From contig JASDSY010000034.1 of the NCBI GenBank assembly GCA_041441465.1, positions 1-46,847 of the forward strand: a stretch of DNA of 46,847 nucleotides, written 5' to 3'. Source of the stretch: Candidatus Wallbacteria bacterium. GTDB lineage: Bacteria > Muiribacteriota > UBA9980. The notes beneath the pieces were generated by a model. That model saw only the letters and a list, made by a program, of their open reading frames with translations, made no database searches and had not been told where the DNA came from. Of the stretch, positions 26,711 to 36,581 are shown in pieces. The first letter of the stretch is position 1, and each line of letters starts with the position of its first letter. Both the position numbers and the translations under genes were made by a program.

Positions 26711-27649
26711 TTAATTTAAAAAGGCTTCGATCCTTATTTTATCACGGAGACTTAAAAATGCTCCGCCCGCATATTCAACTGATAAGTACTGGCATGTTAT
26801 TTTTTTATTAAAATATGAATCCTCAATTTCGTAATGTGAAAATTTCGGGAAAAAGTGTAATACTTTTATTTTTCCTTTTTTATTGCTGCCATAAGTTTTG
26901 GCAAATGTTTCGCTTTTAATGAAATCATCCAATAATTTAATTATACTTGAGATATTTTCATGCCTATGGTTCATGTCAAAAAATTCTTTTTCTGAAAATT
27001 TATTTTCGAATATAGAGGAAAACATTAAATTAAGATATTCGAAATAAAATATAATGCAGTTTTTATTCTTTAAAAAATCATAAATATCTGCAAAACATGG
27101 CGGCGCCGTTCCTATGATTACCAAAAAAAATAAGGTTTCACCCTTAAATTCAAGGTCTTGATTAATTTGTCTATCACTGATTATAAGCGGCCGGATTTTA
27201 TCGAAAAGAATCGGACTAAGTTCCTGTAATATATTGTTATTAAGCATTTCTTTATTTATGTTTAAAAATTCATCAATGCTTTTGATTTTTAGATTGTTGC
27301 TATTTGTTGCATTCGATTCTTCATAATTAATTTTTTTCATCGTAATGTAATTTGATTTCGAAAAAATTTCAAGAGCTGCCATAAGGTCTCTGGAAATAAA
27401 TCGTGATGAATAAATTACTTCGGTTGAGATATTTTTTTCTTCGCAATATTTGAGGTAACCGGTCATAATTTTTGCCTGAGGGTTGATATTAGCGCATCCT
27501 ATGAATTTTTCACCGCTTATTTCATAATTTAAATATTCCGGGTTGAAAATAAGTTCATCGCTGGAATTATTTATCAAACAATGATTTTCAACTAATTGAA
27601 AGGATGGAAGGAACCCTATTTTAATATTATTAATTTTTTTTTTAATCAT
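26711..27649 (-). CDS. Hypothetical protein (AT-rich, Asn/Ile/Lys-rich), function unknown
   Basis: 312 aa. AAAGGTG ribosome-binding site. No confident motif. Faint, unverified resemblance of GYLKYCEE to the 2-hydroxyacyl-CoA dehydratase D-component N-terminus. Confidence 0.5.
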   Translation of the reverse strand: MIKKKINNIKIGFLPSFQLVENHCLINNSSDELIFNPEYLNYEISGEKFIGCANINPQAKIMTGYLKYCEEKNISTEVIYSSRFISRDLMAALEIFSKSNYITMKKINYEESNATNSNNLKIKSIDEFLNINKEMLNNNILQELSPILFDKIRPLIISDRQINQDLEFKGETLFFLVIIGTAPPCFADIYDFLKNKNCIIFYFEYLNLMFSSIFENKFSEKEFFDMNHRHENISSIIKLLDDFIKSETFAKTYGSNKKGKIKVLHFFPKFSHYEIEDSYFNKKITCQYLSVEYAGGAFLSLRDKIRIEAFLN

Positions 27650-27704
27650 TTTGTTACATTACACCTTTACTTATGATATAATATAAAGTGGAGGTTAAGG
27701 AATT

Positions 27705-28124
27705 ATGAATGAAGAGCCGCTGGTAAAAGTCTTAATTATTGATGATGATGAAGATATTGTTATGGTAATAAGAGATTTTTTTGAGGGCTTTGAGCAGTCT
27801 CATAATTTGTCTGTTTGTACTTCTTCAGTTGCTCTGGATGCGCAAAAAAAAATCAAAGACCTTAAACCTGATATTTTAATAACTGATATTTTAATTCCCG
27901 GCGCGGATGGCTATCAGCTGGCTGAATTTGCAAAACAATCAAACGAAAATTGTTGTGTCGCAATAATTAGCGGCAAAATAAACAACGAAACCAACCCTAT
28001 TGTTAATTATTATTTGAAAAAACCATTTGAGTTCGAAAAATTTGAGTCATTAGTCAGCGAAATGATAACTTATGCGCTCACATGTCAAAATAAGATATTA
28101 TCACAAAATATAGGTAATAATTAA
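27705..28124 (+). CDS. Stand-alone response-regulator receiver (CheY-like) domain protein
   Basis: KVLIIDDDEDIV...KPDILITDILIPGADG.. supplies the acidic pocket and the phospho-acceptor Asp. GGAGG ribosome-binding site. TATAAT in the 55-bp divergent region. Confidence 0.8.
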   Translation: MNEEPLVKVLIIDDDEDIVMVIRDFFEGFEQSHNLSVCTSSVALDAQKKIKDLKPDILITDILIPGADGYQLAEFAKQSNENCCVAIISGKINNETNPIVNYYLKKPFEFEKFESLVSEMITYALTCQNKILSQNIGNN

Positions 28125-28163
28125 ATAACGTTTTTATTAAATTTTTCTAATCATAAACACTAA

Positions 28164-28200
28164 AAATAAGAGCAGGCTTTTTTAGCTTGCTCTTATTTTT
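28164..28200. terminator. Bidirectional terminator
   Basis: AAATAAGAGCAGGC-tttttt-AGCTTGCTCTTATTT followed by TTTTTTT. Confidence 0.65.
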
Positions 28201-28216
28201 TTACTTATTTTATTTT

Positions 28217-29356
28217 TTAAAATTTGTTATAAAGTTTTTCAACTGTTTTGTTAAGGGAGTGATTCATTACGCCGCCCGGCCCCTGGAACATTCCGAATAC
28301 TTGTTTCTTTTGATGTTCTTTTACCGAGTTGTCGTAAATGTATTTACCTTTGGCCGAGTTAAACACTTTTGTGCTAATTGAAACATCGCCGTAATTATGT
28401 ACGCCGCTTACTATTCCGCCGAGCAATAATCCGGCGAGTCTTACTTTTTTGTAATGATCGAAGCGGTTTATTGTACCTGTTACGACAAGATCAGCGTTTA
28501 AATTTTGTGAAATTTTTTGCATATCCTCTTCTGTTAGTGAATTTATGTCGGCTGCGACCGCTCTGACCCTGTCTGGTTCGATTACTTCATAGCCTTTTTC
28601 AATAAACTCTTCTTCGATTTTTTGATTTACGCGCTGAACGGCCATTTTATTTTCTGTTAAATTTTCGAAGGGAATAACGGCTACTCTTTTTTTGCCTGGA
28701 TAAACTCTTTCATTAAGCTGATTTTCAACGCTGGGATGGCGTATTTCATTATATTTTGTCATGACTTCGCTTCTTGAAAAAGTCTTTTGCGTATTAGGGT
28801 GAACGGCTATTAATTTTTTTTCTGCAATCGGCTCTGCCGCTGCGGCGGTTTCATTTTTTTCGCTAACCGCTTTAGAATTTACTTCAACGCCGGCGCTTCC
28901 GCCTTCTTGCATTTTCATGGCTTCTTTAATAAGTTTGCGCGCTTCGCCTCTTGAAATATCATGGCCGTGCGATTGGCAGTAAGCCATGACATAGCCGTCT
29001 AATGACATGTAATTTGTCTGGGCCGAAAACGGTTTGAGGCCTCTTATGTCAGGTATTGTTATTTTCTCGGCGGAAAATGACGGAATTATATAAAACATTA
29101 CTGACGCTGTCGAAACGCAGAAAATATAAATGACGGCGCCATAAGTTTTTTCATTTAACTGCCTTTGTTTTAAATATTCTTTTAAGTTCTGGACAATAAT
29201 TATTCCGCTGGTCGAGTTATCGAAGAAAGTGTCTAATGTTAATATTGCTATGAGCTGAGCTACGATTAGTGATATTGAAACGTCCGTTCCGGAGTAAAGA
29301 GTGAGTAACGATAATACTAAAGAAATTTTTAGAAAAAGTGATGTGATAAAAGACAT
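28217..29356 (-). CDS. Membrane-anchored LpoB/CsgG-like periplasmic domain protein
   Basis: Start moved to the ATG at 29356, which has AGGTGA 7 nt upstream. Two transmembrane segments, then ..RVAVIPFENLTENKMAVQ..DLVVTGTINRFD.., typical of LpoB-like (PBP activator) and CsgG-like periplasmic domains. Confidence 0.55.
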   Translation of the reverse strand: MSFITSLFLKISLVLSLLTLYSGTDVSISLIVAQLIAILTLDTFFDNSTSGIIIVQNLKEYLKQRQLNEKTYGAVIYIFCVSTASVMFYIIPSFSAEKITIPDIRGLKPFSAQTNYMSLDGYVMAYCQSHGHDISRGEARKLIKEAMKMQEGGSAGVEVNSKAVSEKNETAAAAEPIAEKKLIAVHPNTQKTFSRSEVMTKYNEIRHPSVENQLNERVYPGKKRVAVIPFENLTENKMAVQRVNQKIEEEFIEKGYEVIEPDRVRAVAADINSLTEEDMQKISQNLNADLVVTGTINRFDHYKKVRLAGLLLGGIVSGVHNYGDVSISTKVFNSAKGKYIYDNSVKEHQKKQVFGMFQGPGGVMNHSLNKTVEKLYNKF

Positions 29357-29584
29357 TAATGTCACCTCATTATTATTTAAAATGTAAGGACTGGCAAAAA
29401 AACCAGATAGTCCTTTAGTAAAAAGTACGAAGTCGTAAAAACAAAAAACCGCACTTCGCGCATGACACACGAAGAACGGCATCCTCTTGATAGCCAATCC
29501 ATCCTTAGACATTTAATGTACGATTGATATTCTTATTTTAATTTATTTGCCCAAAAAAGTCAAGTTTTTATTTTATAAGGCAGT

Positions 29585-30241
29585 TTATTTTATAATTTCA
29601 AATTTATTGTTTAATGCATATTTTAAAAGCTTTGTTTCAGGGTTTACAGCGACCCTGTTGCCGACAATTTCAAACATCGGCATATCCGTAATACTGTCAG
29701 AAAACGCATAAGAATTTTGAAGGTCATAATCGCTAGTATTTATTTCTTTATTCAATCTTAGAATTTTTTCTTTGCCTTTACAATTTTGTCCGATTATTTC
29801 AGGTAAAAATTTTTGATCTGCGGTATAACCGGTTTTGGTTGCGATAGTTTTAAATGCATTTAATCTGGAGCCTATCTTGCTTATGTAAAACTCGGGAGAA
29901 GCTGAAATTACTATTAGTTTATAACCTTTTTGAGCTAATTCGGAAATTTTGTCGAATACTTTTTTATTAAGTCGTTTAGACCACAATGACTCAACAAATT
30001 CCTCGGATAAATTTTCAATATATTCCTTGTCTTCTTTTTCAAAAATCTTCAAAAAAATTTCTTTGAGCTTGACATTAGTGACTATTTTTAAAATAAAGGC
30101 CAGCGCGTAAAAAAACATCACTGCTAAGTGTATTATTTTATATGGTTTTTTTTTGAGGTAAAATAAAATAATAAATAAAAAAGAATCGCCGTAAAAAAGA
30201 GTTTCGTCAATGTCTAAAAGTATTAATTTTTCTTTTTCCAA
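29585..30241 (-). CDS. HAD-superfamily hydrolase, subfamily IB-like
   Basis: Motif I LLDIDETL. Motif II ..LIVISASPE. Motif IV ..FSDSITDMPM... Confidence 0.7.
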   Translation of the reverse strand: MEKEKLILLDIDETLFYGDSFLFIILFYLKKKPYKIIHLAVMFFYALAFILKIVTNVKLKEIFLKIFEKEDKEYIENLSEEFVESLWSKRLNKKVFDKISELAQKGYKLIVISASPEFYISKIGSRLNAFKTIATKTGYTADQKFLPEIIGQNCKGKEKILRLNKEINTSDYDLQNSYAFSDSITDMPMFEIVGNRVAVNPETKLLKYALNNKFEIIK

Positions 30242-30378
30242 AATGAAAATTCCTTTTAAAATTAAAATATAATAATTCTGATATTTTTTAAACTCCAGGT
30301 TATTATAAAGAAACCGTTAAACATTGTCAAGTTAAATTGTTGTTTATTGTTAGTGCAGTACCTTTATTTAAGTATAGT

Positions 30379-30407
30379 TTGACATATAAATTTAAATATG
30401 ATAAGAT
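30379..30407 (+). promoter_or_regulatory. Sigma-70 promoter for the nfeD-flotillin module
   Basis: TTGACA-17 nt-TAAGAT. Confidence 0.55.
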
Positions 30408-30457
30408 GATTTAATAAGCATAACATGCCATTTTTACTAAAAAAGGGGTGTGGAAAT

Positions 30458-31054
30458 ATGGCGGCTATTACAATTGGCTCTGTTTATACCTTTTGTTTTG
30501 TTCTAGGTCTTGGCTTTTCTATTTTATCAGCGATTTTTTCAAGTTTTTTTGACCATCATACCGATATACACGGTGTTCATATAGAGCATGATTCAGGTCA
30601 CGGCGGCGATACGCAAATGCAAATTGAAGCAAATAATGATGGTTTCGCTACTATACAGCCGTTATCCCCTTTGACTATGTCTGTTTTTGCGACTTCGTTC
30701 GGCGGTTACGGGCTGCTGTGGCAGCGATTTACCGCAGGTACCATGCCTGAGCTGGGTGTGGTTTCAGGAATCGTATTTGGAGTTATTATTGCAGCTATTA
30801 CATTTATGGTTTTTATTCATATATTCCGCGAAACTCAAAGCAGCTCGCTGGTGCATTCAAATGATATTATAGGCATTGAAGGAGAGCTTACCGTTGGAAT
30901 CTCAAATGAAAATCCCATAGGCCAGATTGTTTATACGGCTAAAAATCGCCGCAATGTTTCTATGGCAAGATCATTCGACGGAAATCCGATCGAGAAGAAC
31001 AGAAAAGTTACAATATTGAAGGTTGACAATAATCAGGTTTATGTTAAAGAGTAA
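30458..31054 (+). CDS. NfeD-family membrane protein (C-terminal OB-fold), flotillin partner
   Basis: Start at the ATG at 30458 with AAAGGGGTG upstream. The track ORF begins at 30425. Membrane helices, then C-terminal ..IGIEGELTVGIS...VTILKVDNNQVYVKE beta-barrel. Confidence 0.75.
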   Translation: MAAITIGSVYTFCFVLGLGFSILSAIFSSFFDHHTDIHGVHIEHDSGHGGDTQMQIEANNDGFATIQPLSPLTMSVFATSFGGYGLLWQRFTAGTMPELGVVSGIVFGVIIAAITFMVFIHIFRETQSSSLVHSNDIIGIEGELTVGISNENPIGQIVYTAKNRRNVSMARSFDGNPIEKNRKVTILKVDNNQVYVKE

Positions 31055-31245
31055 ATTGATATTTAATGAATAATTAAATGTTTTAAATTATTTACCAATT
31101 ATTTGCTTTATTAAAAGTTTTAAAAAAAGCAGTCTTAAAATAAAAAATCATCTATAGATAAATGTGATTCATTTTTTTAATATTTGTCCCTGTAAAAGTT
31201 GAGTTGGTATAAATCAATAAAAATTAAAAAGGAGAGTTTGACACT

Positions 31246-32763
31246 ATGGAAGGCCTTATCAGTAGTATTACCGCAAATGCGGCTTATGTGGCAGGTTTTA
31301 TTTTACTTGTAATTTTTCTTTTTATGTACATCTGGGCGACCCGTTACATTAAAGTCGGGCCTAATGAGGTTTTAATCATAGCAGGCCGCAAAAGAAAAGT
31401 ATTAAAGGCAAATGGCAATGTCGAAGAAGTCGGCTACCGTATTGTTCACGGCGGCGGCGCTTTTGTTATTCCTGTAATCGAGCAGGCGCAGATCATGTCG
31501 ATGGAACTTATTACTCTTGAAGTGAAAACTCCTCCGGTAATTACTTTGCACGGCGTTCCTATACTTGTCGACGGCGTTGCGCAGATCAAGGTAAAATCTG
31601 ATGAAGTGGCTATCGGTACCGCGGCAGAGCAATTTCTTTCTAAAACTCAGGCTGAAATTATGAGAATTGCGCATCAAACTCTTGAAGGACACCTTCGCGC
31701 GATACTTGGTACGATGACGGTCGAGGATATTTATAAAAATCGTGATGAATTTGCTATAAAAGTCCAGCAGGTTTCCGCGCCAGATCTTTCGAATATGGGA
31801 CTTTGCATAGTTTCATTCACTTTGCGCGACATCAAGGACGAGCATGGTTACCTTGAATCGCTTGGTAAAACGAGAATCGCGGAAGTCAAAAAAGACGCTA
31901 CTATAGGCGAGGCCAATGCGCTTAAAGAAGCGACCATGAAATCGGCGGTTGCGACTCAGGACGGAGAAATAGCTAAAATAGAAGCTAAAACTAAAATAGC
32001 CGAGGCAAACAGGGATTTTGAAATGAAACAGGCCGAGTATCAGGCTTCTATCAATCAGCGTAAAGCAGAAACTGATCTTGCTTATGACCTGCAATATAAC
32101 AAATCGCAGCAACTGGTCAAGCGCGAGGAAATTAACGTGCAAATTGTTGAAAAAGAACGCGCTATCGAAGTTCAGGAAAAAGAAGTTATGAGAAAGCAGA
32201 AAGAGCTTGAAGCTACGGTTATTAAGCCGGCGGATGCCGAAAAAACTAAGATTCAGATGATATCTGACGCTGACAGATATAAAATAGCGACTACCGCGAG
32301 CGGTCAGGCTGAAGCGCAGAAACTTCTTGGTTTGTCAACTGCCGAAGCAGAAAAAGCAAAAGGCCTTGCTGAAGCTGAAGTATTAAAAATTCGCGGTATG
32401 AATGAGGCTCAGATTATTGAGGCAAAGGGTCTTGCCGAAGCTAATGCCATGGCTGAAAAAGCGGCTTCATGGGAAAAATACGGAAACGCGGCTATCGTTC
32501 AAATGGTTATTGAAAAATTGCCTGAACTGGCTAAAGCTATATCAGAACCTCTCTCTAAGACGGAAAAAATTGTCATGATAAATTCCGGCGGTGAAGGCGG
32601 CGGTGCTTCTAAGTTGACTAAAGATGTAATTAATGTGATTTCTCAGCTGCCTCCTGCTGTCGAGGCATTGACAGGAATAAAACTTGAAAATATCGTAAAA
32701 AAATTCAGTTCGGATATCGTTTCATCGGAGGACGTAACTGAACAAAAGATTGATAAAAAATAA
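31246..32763 (+). CDS. Flotillin / SPFH (band-7) family protein
   Basis: 505 aa. N-terminal transmembrane segment, SPFH domain, then a long Ala/Glu-rich coiled coil with EA repeats. AAAGGAGAG ribosome-binding site. Confidence 0.85.
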   Translation: MEGLISSITANAAYVAGFILLVIFLFMYIWATRYIKVGPNEVLIIAGRKRKVLKANGNVEEVGYRIVHGGGAFVIPVIEQAQIMSMELITLEVKTPPVITLHGVPILVDGVAQIKVKSDEVAIGTAAEQFLSKTQAEIMRIAHQTLEGHLRAILGTMTVEDIYKNRDEFAIKVQQVSAPDLSNMGLCIVSFTLRDIKDEHGYLESLGKTRIAEVKKDATIGEANALKEATMKSAVATQDGEIAKIEAKTKIAEANRDFEMKQAEYQASINQRKAETDLAYDLQYNKSQQLVKREEINVQIVEKERAIEVQEKEVMRKQKELEATVIKPADAEKTKIQMISDADRYKIATTASGQAEAQKLLGLSTAEAEKAKGLAEAEVLKIRGMNEAQIIEAKGLAEANAMAEKAASWEKYGNAAIVQMVIEKLPELAKAISEPLSKTEKIVMINSGGEGGGASKLTKDVINVISQLPPAVEALTGIKLENIVKKFSSDIVSSEDVTEQKIDKK

Positions 32764-32891
32764 CTATTAAACGCTTAATATTAAGCGTAGAAATTTAAAT
32801 GAAATATAGTCATTAAAAGCTTTAATTTAATGACTATATTTTTTTGAGCGGATTATTTTGGTTAATTTATTTTGGAGGTTATAAAAAAATT

Positions 32892-33830
32892 ATGAATAAG
32901 AAAACAGCTTTTATTTTAGTATTTGCAGGGCTGGTTTATTTTAATTCGTTATCTCCGGCAGTTGCAGAAGATGACGGAGTTTTTACTCAAAATACTTCTG
33001 TGCCTGGAATCGAGGCTGCTAATCAGGCTATAAACGAAGCCAACTCGCAGGTCCAGAACGCGATGAGCGATGGTATGAAACAGGCGCAGGAAGGGCTTGA
33101 TGATGCGCAAAAAGCGTTGTCAGAAGCGTCTAAATTATCTCAGGAAGGTTTAAACCAGGGAATTAATGCCGCTAATCAGGCTATAAGCGAAGCCAACTCG
33201 CAGGTCCAGAACGCGGCGGGCGAAGGCATGAAGCAGGCGCAGGAAGGACTTAATGATGCGCAAAAAGCGGTTTCGGAAGCGTCTAAATTATCTCAGGAAG
33301 GTTTAAATCAGGGAATTAATGCCGCGAACCAGGCGGTGAGCGAAGCGAAGCAAATCAGCGAAGAAAGCATAAAACAGGGTCAGAACGCGGCTGGTGAAGG
33401 ACTGAAAAACGCGGCTCAGACCGTAAATGAGGCTTTGAAAGCCGCTCAAACAGGCGCGGCGGCGTCCGGTATTTCGCAAATATCTGTGAATAATAACAGT
33501 ACGACACAGGTTCAAACAGATTCAAATGTTAATATTATAAATCAAAATAACACTAAAAATTTAATCGAGACCAAAAATATCGATATGATTGGCAGTTTTA
33601 TCAAGGAAAATGACAGGATTTATTTTATTAATGCTAACGGCGAAAAATATCCGGTTTCTAAAAATCCTGAGATTGAATCTGAACTTTCCAAATTAAAAGA
33701 TTATTCATTAAAAAATTTTTCGGTAAAAGGTATTTACACTAAAAATATTTTTTCTAAGGATAATAAAATAACTGATTTTTCGAATCTGAAGATAAGCGAA
33801 TTCAAGGAAATCAAACCGGAAAAAAAGTAA
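32892..33830 (+). CDS. Secreted protein with three tandem about 51-aa helical repeats
   Basis: Start at the ATG at 32892 with GGAGG upstream. Signal peptide. Repeats NQAI(N/S)EANSQVQNA...LSQEGLNQGINAA are encoded by 153-nt tandem DNA repeats from 33018 to about 33476. Confidence 0.65.
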   Translation: MNKKTAFILVFAGLVYFNSLSPAVAEDDGVFTQNTSVPGIEAANQAINEANSQVQNAMSDGMKQAQEGLDDAQKALSEASKLSQEGLNQGINAANQAISEANSQVQNAAGEGMKQAQEGLNDAQKAVSEASKLSQEGLNQGINAANQAVSEAKQISEESIKQGQNAAGEGLKNAAQTVNEALKAAQTGAAASGISQISVNNNSTTQVQTDSNVNIINQNNTKNLIETKNIDMIGSFIKENDRIYFINANGEKYPVSKNPEIESELSKLKDYSLKNFSVKGIYTKNIFSKDNKITDFSNLKISEFKEIKPEKK

Positions 33831-33867
33831 TTTTAAAAATAAAAAAAAATTGTTTTATATAAAGAAA

Positions 33868-33900
33868 AAGGATAGGAAATAAAATTCCTATCCTTTATTT
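33868..33900. terminator. Bidirectional terminator
   Basis: GGATAGGAAT-aaaa-ATTCCTATCC followed by TTTATTT. Confidence 0.65.
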
Positions 33901-33930
33901 ATTATTATTAACACTTTTTTTCACCAGCCG

Positions 33931-35136
33931 TTAATATTGTATGTATGCAAGAGGGTTTAAAGGGTTGCCGTTCTTGCGGACTTCAAAATGGAGATGATAA
34001 CCGGTTGATGTTCCTGTGTCGCCGACATAGCCCACGATTTTTGAAGAAGTAACTTCCTGGCCTACCTTAACATTTATTTTAGACATATGCGCATACCTTG
34101 TGGTGTAGCCTTTTGGATGCTTAATTTCGACCAGTTTGCCATAACCGCCCAGCCAGCCGGCGAAAGTTACCTTTCCGCCCATTGCGGCTGTTATCGGCCT
34201 GCCTTTGCCTGCGCCGATATCAATGCCGGTGTGCATTTTAGATTCGCCCCATACCGGATGCAGCCTCATACCGAATTTTGATGTCACCACCCCTCTTACC
34301 GGCCATTTAAAAACCCGGCGTTTCTTTTTTGCGCTTTTTATAATATCCGAAAGCGGGTCGCGTGATTCGGTCGATACGTTTTCAAGCTGCGGACTGTTGT
34401 TTTTACCTTTTAATGATCTTGTTTTTACATTTTTTAAGATGTTTGCAATTTCATCGTCAAGTTTTTGAGATTTCTTTTTTGCAGTTTTAATTTCAACTTC
34501 CGATTGTTCATCAAGTGTTGAATTTTTTTCGCTGCTGGAAATTATTTTTGCTTTTTGTTCTTCTAAAATTTTCTTGAATGTTTCCGGACTTGTTGCTGCG
34601 GCAGTTGTTTGTTGGGCGGCTTCGGCCGTTACCATTATCTTCTGGCCTATGTAAATTCTATAATCGCTTCCAAAATTATTGATTTTTTTCAGTTCGTCAA
34701 TCGGCATAGAATAAATTTTAGCGACGTCTGAAAGTTTCTGTCCGTAAGTGAGAGTGTGAAATATTATTTTTTTGCCGTAAGGAACCTCGGCGGCAGGAGC
34801 TTTTGAGGCTTCCGCCTGCGGTTTGTATTCTTCGATGAAATTTTCCTGCGAAATCCTTACAGTCATTTTTTCGGGAGTATTGTCAGGTTCTGATTTTGTC
34901 TTGCCTGAATATGCCACACGTGAAAGTGTGTTTAAAAACTTGTCGGCGCCATGTACAGGTTTTTCTTCGGCATTTACATTGCCCGTTATGATATTGGCGT
35001 TATCGAACGAAGCTTTTACAGCAAGATTATTGTCGCCGTGAGTGTACTTTATGAATAATATGGCGACCGACTGGAAAAATATGGATATGAATAGTACCAT
35101 TAACAGGTACATGAATAATTTTTTCAGTGTCTGCAA
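33931..35136 (-). CDS. LysM-domain M23-family metallopeptidase
   Basis: LysM region (HTLTYGQKLSDVAKIYSMPIDELKKINN). M23 motifs HTGIDIGAGKG ... GYHLHFEV. N-terminal membrane anchor. Confidence 0.85.
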   Translation of the reverse strand: MQTLKKLFMYLLMVLFISIFFQSVAILFIKYTHGDNNLAVKASFDNANIITGNVNAEEKPVHGADKFLNTLSRVAYSGKTKSEPDNTPEKMTVRISQENFIEEYKPQAEASKAPAAEVPYGKKIIFHTLTYGQKLSDVAKIYSMPIDELKKINNFGSDYRIYIGQKIMVTAEAAQQTTAAATSPETFKKILEEQKAKIISSSEKNSTLDEQSEVEIKTAKKKSQKLDDEIANILKNVKTRSLKGKNNSPQLENVSTESRDPLSDIIKSAKKKRRVFKWPVRGVVTSKFGMRLHPVWGESKMHTGIDIGAGKGRPITAAMGGKVTFAGWLGGYGKLVEIKHPKGYTTRYAHMSKINVKVGQEVTSSKIVGYVGDTGTSTGYHLHFEVRKNGNPLNPLAYIQY

Positions 35137-35520
35137 ATTATTGCCTCCGATACTACTAAAATACTACGTCTAAAAAGTGTGAATGTGTTTTGCTTTGTAC
35201 AATGAATAAATTTTAAATTTTGAAAAAATTATCATACCAGCTTGCGTTTTATTTAAAATTATTTTATTTATTTTTTAAAACGCAAAAGATATTTTATTAA
35301 GTTTTTTGGTGCCTGCGTTAAATTTATAAGAATTTTAGCAACTATTTTGAAATAACGCAAGGGCATGTTTGAAATTTTTTTATAAAGAACAATTATTAGT
35401 TTTATTTGTGTTTTTAATAAAGAATCTAATATTTATTTTTTAATTTTAGGCTCTAAATTATCGTTCATATCGGTAAATATTTAAATTAAAATAGGCAGCT
35501 TTAAAATATTTGTATAAAAT

Positions 35521-35561
35521 ATTAAACAAAAAAGACCATAAAATTATATTTTTACGGTCTT
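35521..35561 (-). terminator. Rho-independent terminator immediately after atpG
   Basis: Minus strand reads AAGACCGTAAAA-(6 nt)-TTTTATGGTCTT followed by TTTTTTGTTT. Confidence 0.7.
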
Positions 35562-35623
35562 TCTTAGTTTATAAGTATTATATATAGTTTAAGCCTATTA
35601 AGTGTTATTGCTATGCATGATTA

Positions 35624-36511
35624 TTATTTTTTCTTTAGAGCCTCTACTCCACCGTTTATATCGAGAAGTTCGCTTGTGATCGATTCCTGACGTGCCCTGT
35701 TCAAAACTAATGTCAGGGAACCTATCATTTCCTGGGCTTTATCGGTAGCCGAACTCATTGTTATCATGCGCGAACCCTGTTCGGAGCATGATGATTCAAC
35801 AATTGCGCTGAATATGTGCATTTTTACGAAACGAGGAAGCAAATACTCGATTATGCTGTTTGGAGTCGGCTCGAATTTAAAGTCTTTAGCCATGGCTGCG
35901 CTGTTATCTTCGTTAGCCGGTTCGTCAAATTTAAAAGGAAGGACTTTTTCAGTTTTGGTAGCATATGAAATCGAAGACAGGAATTTGGTATTTATTATAT
36001 AAACCTCCGCTGCGTCACCGCTTTCGAACACATCCATAATGGCGGTAACCACTTCTGAAACATCCTCGAATTTAGGGTCCGGTTTTTGAAGAGGAGTGCT
36101 GAAATGAATGTTATAACCGCGCTTATTAAAATAGTCGTAGCCTTTGGTGCCGATCGTTATCAGTATCGATTCGAAACCTTCTTTATGCGCTTTTAAAACC
36201 TGTGCTTCGACTTCTTTGCATACATTCATGTTAAAGGAGCCGCAAAGTCCTTTATCGCCTGTGATTACGACGAAACATCTTGTGCTCGCGGCGTTTTCGA
36301 TACCTTTAATATAATTGTGGCCTATGCTTTTTAAATATGATTCGAGATCGTTAATCGTCTGCTTGATTCTGGCGTAATACGCTTTTATGCCTGAAAAACG
36401 GTTCTGCGCTTTTTTGAACTTCGCGGCTGATACCATTTTCATTGCGCGGGTTATGTGCTGGATAGAAGTTATGGATTTTATTTTACGCCGTATTTCTTTT
36501 GCCTGTTTCAT
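35624..36511 (-). CDS. atpG: F1 ATP synthase gamma subunit
   Basis: MKQAKEIRRKIKSITSIQHITRAMKMVSAAKFKKAQ is the canonical gamma N-terminus. Confidence 0.9.
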   Translation of the reverse strand: MKQAKEIRRKIKSITSIQHITRAMKMVSAAKFKKAQNRFSGIKAYYARIKQTINDLESYLKSIGHNYIKGIENAASTRCFVVITGDKGLCGSFNMNVCKEVEAQVLKAHKEGFESILITIGTKGYDYFNKRGYNIHFSTPLQKPDPKFEDVSEVVTAIMDVFESGDAAEVYIINTKFLSSISYATKTEKVLPFKFDEPANEDNSAAMAKDFKFEPTPNSIIEYLLPRFVKMHIFSAIVESSCSEQGSRMITMSSATDKAQEMIGSLTLVLNRARQESITSELLDINGGVEALKKK

Positions 36512-36581
36512 TTACACGCCCCGATTAAAATTACCTTTGGCTCATTATTATAATTATGACCATAAAGGATTAAATTTTTTA

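Noticed and set aside
30425-30457. Upstream ATG for the NfeD gene (track ORF start)
   Set aside because: The -10 of the mapped promoter ends at 30407, which leaves almost no leader and no ribosome-binding site. The ATG at 30458 has AAAGGGGTG upstream.
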